A DNA stretch of 64,000 nucleotides from Pseudomonadota bacterium (lineage in GTDB: Bacteria; Myxococcota; JACRCW01; JAFGSX01): assembly GCA_043821645.1 (NCBI GenBank), contig JBDRCO010000037.1, positions 250,021 through 314,020 on the forward strand, in the 5' to 3' direction. The notes beneath the pieces were generated by a model. It was not told the DNA's origin, made no database searches, and saw only the letters and a program-made list of their open reading frames with translations. This document shows positions 1 through 8,845 of the stretch, in pieces; position 1 is the stretch's first letter, and the number at the start of each line of letters is the position of its first letter. The translations under genes and the position numbers were made by a program.

Positions 1-42
1 GCGGACAGCGCAGCAGAGAATCCGTGGCCTCGGAGACGGCGC

Positions 43-864
43 ATGACGAAGAGCAGCAGGACATGGTTGGCTCTCCTGGGAGCGATGGCGATCGCTGCTC
101 CGGGACAGGCTCGCAACACGGCAGCGTACTTCAGCCTCAACCCGGGCTATCAGTGGTACGACACGAGCGAGCTTATCATCGACAAGGATCCGGACACACC
201 GGCGGCGGAGCTGGTGCCCACGCCAGGCTTCATGCCCGAGCTGCGCCTGGGCATCAATCTCAGTGGCTACGGCGGCGCCGAGGCCTTCATCGCTGGCCAT
301 TGGTGGGGCAGCGGCAACCAGTCCGGTGGCGGCGGGGTAGCCGGAGGCTTGTTGCGGCTGACACCCCTCGAATTCTTCCAGTATCTGTGGAAACCCATGG
401 AGTCTCGCTTTGTCGATCTCGGCTTCAGCTTCGGAGCTGGCTACACCATCGTCGGCGAGGACTTCGGCTACCAGGGGTGGTTCCTGCAGTACGGCGTCGA
501 CCTGTCAGTGTTCATCCTGCCCTTTCTCTCCATCGGCTTCGAGCTGCCGATCCGGCAGATGCTGTACGCGCCGCTGCGCTACACACATTTCAGCAGCAAC
601 CGTGGCCTGTGTACCCGCGGTGGCGCAGCCTACGATCGGGACGGTCGCGAGGTGCATCGCACGGCGGTACGCGAGCTCAACCTGCCCGATGGCACCAACG
701 TCGGTGCCCTCGAGGTGGACGCGGATGGCAAGGTCACCGGCAACTTCATCCTGACCGAGGTCGAGTCCAGTGAGGCCGGCGACATGTGCAAGGGCCCCGG
801 CCCCGCGGCCTGGCAGTACACGCCCATGGTCAAGATCACGTTCCTGGTGGATTTCGGTATCTGA
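43..864 (+). CDS. Secreted protein, probable small outer-membrane beta-barrel with a Cys-bounded loop insertion
   Basis: Signal peptide (WLALLGAMAIAAPGQA), Gly/aromatic alternating strands, C-terminal KITFLVDFGI resembling a beta-signal; GGAG upstream. Confidence 0.55.
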   Translation: MTKSSRTWLALLGAMAIAAPGQARNTAAYFSLNPGYQWYDTSELIIDKDPDTPAAELVPTPGFMPELRLGINLSGYGGAEAFIAGHWWGSGNQSGGGGVAGGLLRLTPLEFFQYLWKPMESRFVDLGFSFGAGYTIVGEDFGYQGWFLQYGVDLSVFILPFLSIGFELPIRQMLYAPLRYTHFSSNRGLCTRGGAAYDRDGREVHRTAVRELNLPDGTNVGALEVDADGKVTGNFILTEVESSEAGDMCKGPGPAAWQYTPMVKITFLVDFGI

Positions 865-923
865 CGACGCGGGCCGCCCGCGGTCGGTCGAGCATCGACC
901 CGCCGTGCGACGAGGAGGATGGC

Positions 924-1727
924 ATGCGACGACCGATGGCCCCGCTGTTGCTGACTCTGCTGGCGGCGAGTGCGGCGTGCACCACCTTTGGCTTCCCGCA
1001 GTCCAATGCCCGGCCGCCCGACGAGCTCAGCGATAGAGGGCGCATGATCGCGATCCCCGCCGGGACCTTCAAGATGGGGGACAACCTCGGAGAGCCGCAC
1101 GAGTTTCCCGTGCATGACGTCGAGCTCGGGGGCTTTCGCATCGATGCCACCGAGGTCAGCAACGCACAGTATCAGCGCTGCACCGAGGCGGGGGTGTGCC
1201 GCGCCACCCGCGAGATGGAAGAACCTAGCTTCAACCCGCCCTCACATCCCGTGGTGGGGGTGACGTACAACGACGCCCGGACCTACTGTGCGTGGCTCCG
1301 CAAGCGCCTCCCCACCGAGGCGGAGTGGGAACGTGCTGCGCGCGGTGGTGGGGATCGCCGCTATCCCTTCGACGGTGCGATGGGACCCAACCACGGCAAC
1401 GTGAGGGGCGCGGCCGATGGCTTCATCTACACCGCGCCGGTGCGTACGTTCCCCGCCGGGTGCACCTCCGAGGGTGTGTGTGATCTTGCGGGAAACGCTG
1501 CCGAGTGGGTCGCCGACTGGTTCTCACCGACCTACTACGCCGAGAGCCCGCCCGAGAATCCCAAGGGACCCGAGGCGTCAACCCGCCTGCGCTCGGTGCG
1601 TGGTGGCTCGTGGACCGGCAACACCTACGAGGCGCGATCGACCGCCCGGGGCTCCATGGACCCTGCATTCAGCAAGAACTCGGTCGGTTTTCGCTGCGCC
1701 GCGAGTGCCGGAGACGCAGCTCCTTAA
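924..1727 (+). CDS. FGE-sulfatase (SUMF1/formylglycine-generating enzyme-like) domain lipoprotein
   Basis: ATG 924 after GAGGAGG; lipobox LLAASAAC; motifs F-x-MG, TEVSNAQY, RLPTEAEWERAARGG, GNAAEW, RGGSW, GFRCA; lacks the FGE catalytic Cys pair after RGGS. Confidence 0.9.
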   Translation: MRRPMAPLLLTLLAASAACTTFGFPQSNARPPDELSDRGRMIAIPAGTFKMGDNLGEPHEFPVHDVELGGFRIDATEVSNAQYQRCTEAGVCRATREMEEPSFNPPSHPVVGVTYNDARTYCAWLRKRLPTEAEWERAARGGGDRRYPFDGAMGPNHGNVRGAADGFIYTAPVRTFPAGCTSEGVCDLAGNAAEWVADWFSPTYYAESPPENPKGPEASTRLRSVRGGSWTGNTYEARSTARGSMDPAFSKNSVGFRCAASAGDAAP

Positions 1728-2070
1728 TTGTCTGCAACCTGCACGAAAAAATAAACCAAGAATAAGATAATAGGGTAAAAATGAAACAGGCGAGAGGAGA
1801 AGCTGTATATCAAGTCAAATTATCGCCAAAAATTACCAAATTTAGTCAGATAATGCCAGGATATATGAGATCGACCTGAGCGCTGCAGCGGGATGCCCAT
1901 GAACAGAGACAAGGCATTGAAAAGACAAGATTCATGCATCATCCTGGCATTCATTCCGGTCGCGAATTTGATCTTTGCAGGGGTGCGTGGCTTGTTGGGT
2001 CTGTGACCACGTGCAGCGACGATGACGACGGAGTGCGGGGTCCAGGACAGTGCGATCTCGGGAGAGCAGC

Positions 2071-2361
2071 ATGACGAAGACCACCAAGAAGACATCCACC
2101 AAGACGGCCACCAAGCGCATGCCCAAGGGGGCGGCCAAGGTTCTCACCAGCCTCGAGGAGAATGTGGTGCGCATGCGCCACGGCCTCAACGAACCCGGGG
2201 AGTCCGAGCTGGGCACCAAGGCTGTCACGCCCGAACTTGCAGAGATCCTTTTTGCCATCGAGGCCAGGGCCTACGAGATGACCGGTCGGGCCGCCGCGAG
2301 CAGCAGCAAGAAGCCCTCGCCCAAGGCCAAGATCGTGTCTGCTCTCAAGACCCGCTCCTGA
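2071..2361 (+). CDS. Small basic protein with a degenerate sigma70 region 4-like core
   Basis: ATG 2071 after GGAGAG; LTSLEENVVRMRHGL...IEARA parallels RpoD LTAREAKVLRMRFGI...IEAKA; Lys/Thr-rich N-tail. Confidence 0.7.
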   Translation: MTKTTKKTSTKTATKRMPKGAAKVLTSLEENVVRMRHGLNEPGESELGTKAVTPELAEILFAIEARAYEMTGRAAASSSKKPSPKAKIVSALKTRS

Positions 2362-2497
2362 GGTCTGGCACTTTTTCGCGCGGGTCTGCGCGCCCCGCGT
2401 GAACGCACCACGCGACTGCCATGACACAGCACCAGGACCCACGAGCCGTCCGACCTGACGCGACACCAGCCTCCCACCGTCCCGGCTGGAGCCAGAG

Positions 2498-2917
2498 GTG
2501 AACCTCGGCGGCTCCATCCTCGTGGCCGAGGACTCGCGCCTGCTCCTCGAGCTGCTGCGCGACGCCTTGCTGGCGCACGGGATAGGTCAGCACGTCGTGG
2601 CCTGCGGCACCGGCGAGGTCCTCCTGGAACGGGCCCAGGAAGCCCTGGCGGCCGGAGACACGCCGGCGCTGTACATCCTCGACATCGTCATGCCGGGTGC
2701 CAGTGGACTCGAGGTGGCGCGCTCCCTGCGCGCAGCCGAGCGCTCCCTCGGCGCCAGGACCACACCCATCCTCCTTTACTCCTCCCTGCAGCGAAGCCCC
2801 GAGATCGACGAGGTCATCGAGAGCTGCTGGCCCGTGCGCTTCTGTCACAAGCAGGATGGCGCGCGATCCGATCGCCTGGCACTGGCCATCGTGGAGACTC
2901 TGCGCGAGCTCGCCTGA
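2498..2917 (+). CDS. Single-domain response regulator (CheY-like receiver)
   Basis: ILVAED, YILDIVMPGASG (phospho-acceptor D), PILLYSS, FCHK. Confidence 0.88.
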   Translation: MNLGGSILVAEDSRLLLELLRDALLAHGIGQHVVACGTGEVLLERAQEALAAGDTPALYILDIVMPGASGLEVARSLRAAERSLGARTTPILLYSSLQRSPEIDEVIESCWPVRFCHKQDGARSDRLALAIVETLRELA

Positions 2918-2940
2918 GGGGCGTGCGGGATGCCTTTTTT
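2917..2940 (+). terminator. Probable intrinsic terminator
   Basis: AGGGGCGT/ATGCCTTT stem running into a T6 tract right after the receiver-gene stop. Confidence 0.5.
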
Positions 2941-3012
2941 GCAGGGACGCTGCTATGCTGACGGCGCGAGGCAGGGCGGGCTTCGTGCCCACCGCCATTC
3001 CAGGAGCGGGGC

Positions 3013-3585
3013 GTGACGTCGGATCATCCAGAGCAGCCCGGAGGGTCGTTGCCAGCCGAGGCCGAGAGCCCTCGTTCCACCGAGCCTGCGCCCGCTGCTG
3101 CAGCCGCGGGTGGACCGACCCTGGGCGCGCCCCTGCCACCGGAGCCACGCACCGACCCCCACGGCTTCGAGCACCGGCCCCCGGTGACCATCGACATGCC
3201 GGCCCCGAGCTTCGAGGAGACCCGGGTCACCGAGGCGGTGGTTCACAAGCGCCGCATCAAGCGCCAGATCCAGCGCGCACGTGCCCAGGCCTACGTGATC
3301 GTGCATCGGGCCGGGGTGGCACCAGCGCGGGTGCCCATGGAGCGCGACCACCTGGTCTTTGGTCGCGATCCCGCCGAGTGCGACATCGTCCTCGACGGCG
3401 GCGTGGTCTCGCGGAGCCATGCGCGCATCGATCGCAGCCAGGACGGCTACTACACGCTACAGGACTGCAAGTCCCGCAACGGTACCTACGTCGAGGGCGT
3501 GCCCATCCGTCGCCGCAACCTTCTCGACGGCGATACCTTCGAGGTGGGTGAACACCTCATCGAGTTCCATCTCGGCGAGTCGTGA
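3013..3585 (+). CDS. FHA domain protein
   Basis: VFGRD, VSRSHARI, DCKSRNGTYVEG FHA motifs; Pro-rich N-terminus; upstream TGCTATGCT extended -10. Confidence 0.9.
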   Translation: MTSDHPEQPGGSLPAEAESPRSTEPAPAAAAAGGPTLGAPLPPEPRTDPHGFEHRPPVTIDMPAPSFEETRVTEAVVHKRRIKRQIQRARAQAYVIVHRAGVAPARVPMERDHLVFGRDPAECDIVLDGGVVSRSHARIDRSQDGYYTLQDCKSRNGTYVEGVPIRRRNLLDGDTFEVGEHLIEFHLGES

Positions 3586-3591
3586 CCCTGG

Positions 3592-4611
3592 TCACGGCGT
3601 GCGCTGGGATCGGGCACGCTCGAGCACCTGCATCACCTTGGGGCTGGTGTCCGCGGGGTCGAGTTGCAGATCTGGCCGCGCGCCGAGCGCCGCGCGCATG
3701 GCCTCCTCGGCGCGTTCTATCTCGTCCGACGCCACGTAGCACGACGCCAGCCACACTTGCGCGGCCACCCGGGGCCAGGTCGGGAGCCCGGGATCGAGCA
3801 GGGCGCGGCGAAAGTACGCCACGCAGGCCAGGAAGTCGCCACGGCGATGGAGGGCAACACCGTCGCGCAGCAGGGGGCTCTGCAGCGCCTGGGCGTACGC
3901 CTGCAGGGGATCCTGGAGCTGCGCAGGCACGACGCCTCCGTCGGTCGTGGAGCCTGTACCGGCGTCCGTGGCCTCTACCGCCGAGGACTCGGTCGCGGCG
4001 CTTCCCTCGTCGGGAGCCCCTGCCGGCGCGCGCAGAGCATTGAGACGCGTTCGCACCGCCTCCTCGTCAGACCAGGAGGCAAACACCGGCACCAGGATCT
4101 TCTCGCCTGCCTCGACGGCGTTGGTCTTGCGGTCGCCGTTGATCTTGCGCAACAAGAACCGTCCATCGGTGTTCCGGTAGTACGTCTTGGAGAGCGTCCG
4201 CAGGTTGTCGCTCTTCTGCGCCGTGTGCCAGATCAGCGCAGGCACCGTGAGCGCGGTGCCCGCCGCCACGGCCTTGTCGCCGGGGAGTCCATTGATCGCG
4301 GCCAGGAGTGGCCCGCGGGTCTTGCGCTTGAGATGGGTTCTCGCCAGCGTGCTCAATGGGCTGCTGCGGCGAACCGTCGTGCGAAAGCTCACCGGCACCC
4401 TCAGCACCGTCCCCGCGGCCACCGCCTTGCCTTCCTCGAGCCTGTTGGCCGTTGCCAGCACCGGGGCAGCGGACGCTCGCCCGTAAAGGTCACGCGCCAG
4501 CCGGCTCATGGTCGATTCCACCGGCACCGTGTAGCTCAGGGAGCGCGCCTCCGTGGGTCGCGCCAGCAGCACGATCGTCGCCGTCAGCAGGGTGGCTCGC
4601 CAGGCGCTCAT
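3592..4611 (-). CDS. Secreted LysM-repeat protein with C-terminal TPR-like domain
   Basis: Signal peptide; three LysM-like units (YTV..ESTMSRLARDLYG...LATAN...GTVLRVP; LSTLARTHL...LAAING...GTALTVP; HTAQKSDNLRTLSKTYY...INGD...GEKILVP); C-terminal helical repeat ending LDPADTSPKV. Confidence 0.8.
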   Translation of the reverse strand: MSAWRATLLTATIVLLARPTEARSLSYTVPVESTMSRLARDLYGRASAAPVLATANRLEEGKAVAAGTVLRVPVSFRTTVRRSSPLSTLARTHLKRKTRGPLLAAINGLPGDKAVAAGTALTVPALIWHTAQKSDNLRTLSKTYYRNTDGRFLLRKINGDRKTNAVEAGEKILVPVFASWSDEEAVRTRLNALRAPAGAPDEGSAATESSAVEATDAGTGSTTDGGVVPAQLQDPLQAYAQALQSPLLRDGVALHRRGDFLACVAYFRRALLDPGLPTWPRVAAQVWLASCYVASDEIERAEEAMRAALGARPDLQLDPADTSPKVMQVLERARSQRTP

Positions 4612-5924
4612 GGTCGCTGCTCCCGGCGCTCGGTGAGCTCGATGTTGAAGGTGATGGTGCGATCGGGCTCTATCTCCACCACGCGACGCTCATCGCGAAA
4701 ATGCTCGTTGCGCAGCTCCACCACGTGGCGGCCGGGCGCCAGGGGCAAGGCACGCATGAAGGGCGTCGTGTCGACGTAGGCGCCGTCGATGAAGACCCGT
4801 GCCCACGGCCACACGTTGACGCGCAGGTGGCCGTTGCCCGTCGCCGCCATGGCTCCGCGCCTGCCCACATCCTGGGGCCACCACTCGATGACGCTGGCAC
4901 CCAGGCTCGCCGACAGCAGACCCGCAGCACCGATCAGAGCCACGCGCCTCAGGCCAGGCCAGCGCGAGCGCGAGAAGGCCAGATCCATCTCGGTCAGGCT
5001 GGTCTCGGTGAGCACCGCGCGCGGCAGCACGGTCAATGCATCCTCCTCGGAGACCAGACCACGATGGTGCAGGAAGGCGACGAGGCGGCTGCGCAGATTG
5101 ATGCGTATCTGCCGCGACACGTAGCGCTCGAGGGCGACGCGCAGTGCCTCGGTGGAAGGGTAGCGCCGCTCGAGAGGCTTGCGCAGGCAGCGGCTCACGA
5201 TGCGCTGCAGCACCAGCGGGATGTCGGGCTGGATGGTGCGGGGCGAGGGGTAGCTATCCTTGAGGATGGATTGCATGACCGTGCGCTGCTCGGTATCCCG
5301 GAACGGCTTGCGGCCGGTGAGCATCTGGTACAGCACGATGCCAAAGGAGAACATGTCCGAGCGCCAGTCCACGCGCTCACCCATGATCTGCTCCGGAGAC
5401 ATGTACGAGGGCGTGCCCAGGGCGATGCCCGGCCGCGTCAGGTCTCCCAGGGCCTCGGCGCGGGCGATGCCGAAGTCCATCAGCTTGACCTCGCCCAGCT
5501 TGCTCAGGACCACGTTGGAGGGCTTGATGTCGCGATGGACCATACCCCGGAAGTGCGCATACTCCAGGGCCCGGGCCAGCTGCAGAGCGATGGCGGCCGC
5601 CACCTCGGGTGGCAGGCGATCGACCCGCGCCAGCAGATCGTACAGGCTCACACCTTCGACGAATTCCATCACGATCGAACGGGTGTCGCCCTCGCACACG
5701 TAGTCGTACACGTGCACGATATTCTCGTGCTGGAGCTTGGCCACGCTCAGGGCCTCGCGCTGGAAGCGCTCGATGATCTGCGCGTCGTGGGTGAACTCGG
5801 ACTTGAGTTCCTTGATGGCGACCGGGCGGTCCAGCGCCTCCTGCGTGCCACGGTAAACCACGGCCATGCCGCCCTGGCCTATCTCCTCGATGACCTGGTA
5901 GCTGCCGATGCGCCGCTCGCTCAT
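4608..5924 (-). CDS. Ser/Thr protein kinase with TM segment and PEGA domain
   Basis: IGQGGMAVVY, VAIK, HRDIKPSN, DFG, GTPSYMSPE; C-terminal NVWPWARVFIDG...TTP...LAPGRH; 4-bp overlap with the LysM gene. Confidence 0.93.
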   Translation of the reverse strand: MSERRIGSYQVIEEIGQGGMAVVYRGTQEALDRPVAIKELKSEFTHDAQIIERFQREALSVAKLQHENIVHVYDYVCEGDTRSIVMEFVEGVSLYDLLARVDRLPPEVAAAIALQLARALEYAHFRGMVHRDIKPSNVVLSKLGEVKLMDFGIARAEALGDLTRPGIALGTPSYMSPEQIMGERVDWRSDMFSFGIVLYQMLTGRKPFRDTEQRTVMQSILKDSYPSPRTIQPDIPLVLQRIVSRCLRKPLERRYPSTEALRVALERYVSRQIRINLRSRLVAFLHHRGLVSEEDALTVLPRAVLTETSLTEMDLAFSRSRWPGLRRVALIGAAGLLSASLGASVIEWWPQDVGRRGAMAATGNGHLRVNVWPWARVFIDGAYVDTTPFMRALPLAPGRHVVELRNEHFRDERRVVEIEPDRTITFNIELTERREQRP

Positions 5925-6041
5925 GCTGTGCTCTTCCGGGATCGCACGCGGGTATCTTAGCTCAAGTGCGCGCCGCGCAAGACCTCATGTGTCCTACGCG
6001 GCGACTTGCATTCTCCGTCGACGCGTCGGACATTGTCCGGG

Positions 6042-6461
6042 ATGGTCATCTACGATCTCTGTTGCGCCCAGGGACACTCCTTCGAGGGCTGGTTCGAGTC
6101 GGCCCAGGAGCATGCCCAGCAGAGCGCCCGGGGGCTTGTGGTCTGCCCGCACTGCGGTATCGCCCAGGTCGAGAGGGTGCCCGTGGCTCCCCACGCCCTG
6201 CGCAGCCGCGGCGATTCCGCACCGCCACCCCCAGCCGACCTCCCGGCTCGCATGCGCGAACTGCTGCACCACGTGGCCAGCGCCGTGCGCGCGAACTCCG
6301 AGGATGTGGGGCCGGCCTTCGCCCAGGAAGCCCGGCGCATTCACGGCGGGGAGACGCCCGCGCGCAGCATCCGAGGGACGGCGTCTGCCCAGGAGGAGCG
6401 GGATCTGATCGCGGACCACATCCCCTTCGTCAAGGTGCCGATGCCGGAGCCCGATGCCTGA
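6042..6461 (+). CDS. DUF1178 family protein (Zn-ribbon)
   Basis: MVIYDLCCAQGHSFEGWF...CPHCG...EDVG..FAQEARRIH.GE...RSIRG pattern. Confidence 0.85.
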   Translation: MVIYDLCCAQGHSFEGWFESAQEHAQQSARGLVVCPHCGIAQVERVPVAPHALRSRGDSAPPPPADLPARMRELLHHVASAVRANSEDVGPAFAQEARRIHGGETPARSIRGTASAQEERDLIADHIPFVKVPMPEPDA

Positions 6462-6592
6462 GCGACATCGCGGCTGCACCCGGAGTCCTGGGATGGCGCC
6501 GTTCACGCACGCTGTGCCACAGACCCACGGCGCTGGAGGTGTGGGGCCCCGGTCAGGGCACCGCTCCAGTGAGCGGAGAGGGGGAGGGGGAC

Positions 6593-6856
6593 CTACTTGC
6601 TCTTGGCGCGATTGGCGGCCTTCATCAGGCGCGAGACGCGGCGGGATGCGGTGCGCTTGTGCATGGCGCCCTTGGTCACCGCGCGGTCAAAGGCCTGGCT
6701 GGCCTCGGTCACGCTCTTGTCGCCGGGGGCTCCCGCTGCGATCGAGGTACGGGCCTTCTTGACCAGGCCACGAAGGTTGCTGACGACTGCGCGATTTCGC
6801 ACGCGACGAGTCTCGTTCTGCTTGTGGCGCTTGATGGCCTGCTTGTGGTTAGCCAC
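6593..6856 (-). CDS. rpsT: 30S ribosomal protein S20
   Basis: ANHKQAIKR...RN...KGAMHKRTASRRVSRL; GTG start after AAGGAG. Confidence 0.97.
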   Translation of the reverse strand: MANHKQAIKRHKQNETRRVRNRAVVSNLRGLVKKARTSIAAGAPGDKSVTEASQAFDRAVTKGAMHKRTASRRVSRLMKAANRAKSK

Positions 6857-7004
6857 GTTCCTGCTCCTTGTTTTCTCGGGGCCATCTCAGGCCCCCTGCA
6901 CCGCCAGGCTCTGAACCCGGTGGCATGCGATCCACCAGCGCACCAACCTGGTACACCGGCCTGCGCCCAGGCGCCGGTCTGACGCCTTTCCGCGAGAAGC
7001 GGCC

Positions 7005-7033
7005 TTCCTAGCAATGCCCCAGGCCCCTGTCAA
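7005..7033 (-). promoter_or_regulatory. sigma70-type promoter for rpsT
   Basis: Minus strand TTGACA (7033-7028), 17 bp, TGC-TAGGAA (7010-7005); the -35 overlaps the stop codon of the upstream gene. Confidence 0.6.
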
Positions 7034-7341
7034 TTGCCGCTGTCGACCCAGCCCAGGCAGGTCTGGAGTTCCGCCCGGCACTGTTCAGGCTCGCGCGCCT
7101 CGACACCGAGGATGCAGGCCTCGCTCGCGGCGTCCACGCTCAGGCTCTCGCGGCAGCCCAGCTCGCAGGATTCGCGGTCGGTGCGCTCGCCGCTCTCGAT
7201 CTTTCTCAGGTTCGGATCGTCGGCGGGCGTGAAGGTCACGTCGCAGGCCAGGCTATGATCGCAGATCGCCAGACAGTCCGGGCCCGGGCAGGCGCAGACC
7301 CACCCCGAGATCGACAGCACGACGAGCGCGATCCTGGGCAT
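7030..7341 (-). CDS. Small Cys-rich lipoprotein/secreted protein (single 8-Cys module)
   Basis: Hydrophobic N-terminus ending VCAC; C-x3-C-x5-C...C-x3-C...C...C-x6-C. Confidence 0.7.
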   Translation of the reverse strand: MPRIALVVLSISGWVCACPGPDCLAICDHSLACDVTFTPADDPNLRKIESGERTDRESCELGCRESLSVDAASEACILGVEAREPEQCRAELQTCLGWVDSGN

Positions 7342-7459
7342 GGCACAAACTAGGCCGGGTCGGGCCGTGCCGTCAAACTCCTGCGGTGAATGCCCGGGTC
7401 TGACCGGCCGTCACTCTCTCAGGGGGGAAACTGGGCGCCGTGTGTGGTAGAGTCGCACC

Positions 7460-8047
7460 ATGATCTGTATCCATCGCTGGAAGGGGCCGGGACTGCTGGT
7501 GGCGGCGGGATTCGCGCTGTCGCTGGTGGGCTGCGAGTACCTGCTGCCCAAGTCGAACGCGCAGATCTGCGAGGACTACTGTCAGCACAGGATGGACTGC
7601 CAGGTCGAGGACACCAGCCAGGCCACCGTGTGCAACCAGGACTGTGTCTCCGCCCTCGAGGCCGGCAACGAACCCACCGAGTTCGCCTGTGATGAGCGGT
7701 CCACCTGCGACGCCCTGCAGGCCTGCATCGCCTGCATCCCCTACTGCGACAAGTTCGTCAGCTGTGAATTTGGCAGCGAGGCGTCGTGCGTGAGCTCCTG
7801 CGAGAGGGAACGACAGGCGGGGCGCGAGGCGCTCGGCGAGACCTGTGTCGTCGAGGAAGCCTGCGACGAGGGGTCGCTCTGCATCCTGTGCGATCAGTAC
7901 TGTCGCAAGCTCAAGAGCTGCAATGTGTCGACGGATTCCAGCTGCGCATCGAGCTGCGTGACCTTGCTGCAGAGCGGCGCGGACGAGGCGCCCTACCAGT
8001 GCGTCGTCGACAGCGTGTGTTCGGAGGTCCCCAATTGCGGAATCTGA
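7460..8047 (+). CDS. Cys-rich lipoprotein with three 8-Cys repeats
   Basis: Lipobox LSLVGC; three repeats starting CEDYC, CIPYC and CDQYC. Confidence 0.8.
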   Translation: MICIHRWKGPGLLVAAGFALSLVGCEYLLPKSNAQICEDYCQHRMDCQVEDTSQATVCNQDCVSALEAGNEPTEFACDERSTCDALQACIACIPYCDKFVSCEFGSEASCVSSCERERQAGREALGETCVVEEACDEGSLCILCDQYCRKLKSCNVSTDSSCASSCVTLLQSGADEAPYQCVVDSVCSEVPNCGI

Positions 8048-8811
8048 CCTGTGTTCTTGTGCTCGGACTGCTGGCGGCGACGCCGGCCCTGGCCCAGGAG
8101 GGCAGTCCATCTGCCGGACCGCGGCTGCGGCTTTTCGTCGGCGACTACGAGGCAGCGGCCGGAGCGCCCCTCGACGCTGGTACGGCCAACGAGATCCTCG
8201 CCGCGCGCATGAGCCGGCTGGGCGAGGTGTTCTCGCTGGTGACCAAGGAGGAGGTGCGCAAGGTCCTGGACTACGAGGCCGTCAAGCAGCTCATCGGTAC
8301 CGAGGATGACGCAGCGGGGCTGGTGCAGCTCGGCGAGACCATCCGGGCGGATCGGCTGCTCTACGGCCGTATCGGCAAGGTCGGCGAGACCTACGTGGCG
8401 ACCCTGACCTTGCTGGATCTGCAAAGCGGTGTCGTCGAAAAGCGCGTCGCCGGAACCTTCAAGGGCGCCCAGGACCTGGCCATCACCCGGCTTAACGAGC
8501 ATGCGGATCAGATGCTGGCCTACCTCGTCATGAGCTACGCGCCGGACAAGGTGCAGAAGACGCGGCGGGTTGCGGTCAAGCTCGGCACGGAGCCGCCGGT
8601 CCCCGAGCCTGGACCCGACGCTGGAGCCATGGGCTGGCGCACTCCCACCGGCGCGGCCTTCGCTGGCCTGGGGCTGGGCCTGGCCGCGGGAGCCGGGACC
8701 GTGCACGCCCTCACCTATGACCAGATCACACCCTGGGTCCCGGTGGCCCTGTATGGCGCAGGGGGCGTGCTGGTGGTCACCGGCGCCGCTCTGATGCTGT
8801 GGCCGGAGTAG
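8035..8811 (+). CDS. Exported CsgG/TolB-N-like domain protein with C-terminal TM hairpin
   Basis: TTG 8035 after GGAGG; signal peptide ATPALA; LVQLGETIRADRLLYGRIGKVGETYVATLTLLD typical of this fold. Confidence 0.6.
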   Translation: MRNLTCVLVLGLLAATPALAQEGSPSAGPRLRLFVGDYEAAAGAPLDAGTANEILAARMSRLGEVFSLVTKEEVRKVLDYEAVKQLIGTEDDAAGLVQLGETIRADRLLYGRIGKVGETYVATLTLLDLQSGVVEKRVAGTFKGAQDLAITRLNEHADQMLAYLVMSYAPDKVQKTRRVAVKLGTEPPVPEPGPDAGAMGWRTPTGAAFAGLGLGLAAGAGTVHALTYDQITPWVPVALYGAGGVLVVTGAALMLWPE

Positions 8812-8845
8812 CCAGCGCCCGTCGCCGGCACGATGGCTGGTACTC

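Noticed and set aside
1781..1879. 32-aa ORF MKQARGEAVYQ... in the AT-rich region
   Set aside because: Weak RBS, atypical codon usage and no recognisable motif.
1728..1980. AT-rich region as replication origin
   Set aside because: The best DnaA-box match I saw is 7/9 (TTATCGCCA), with no box cluster and no dnaA, dnaN or gidA nearby.
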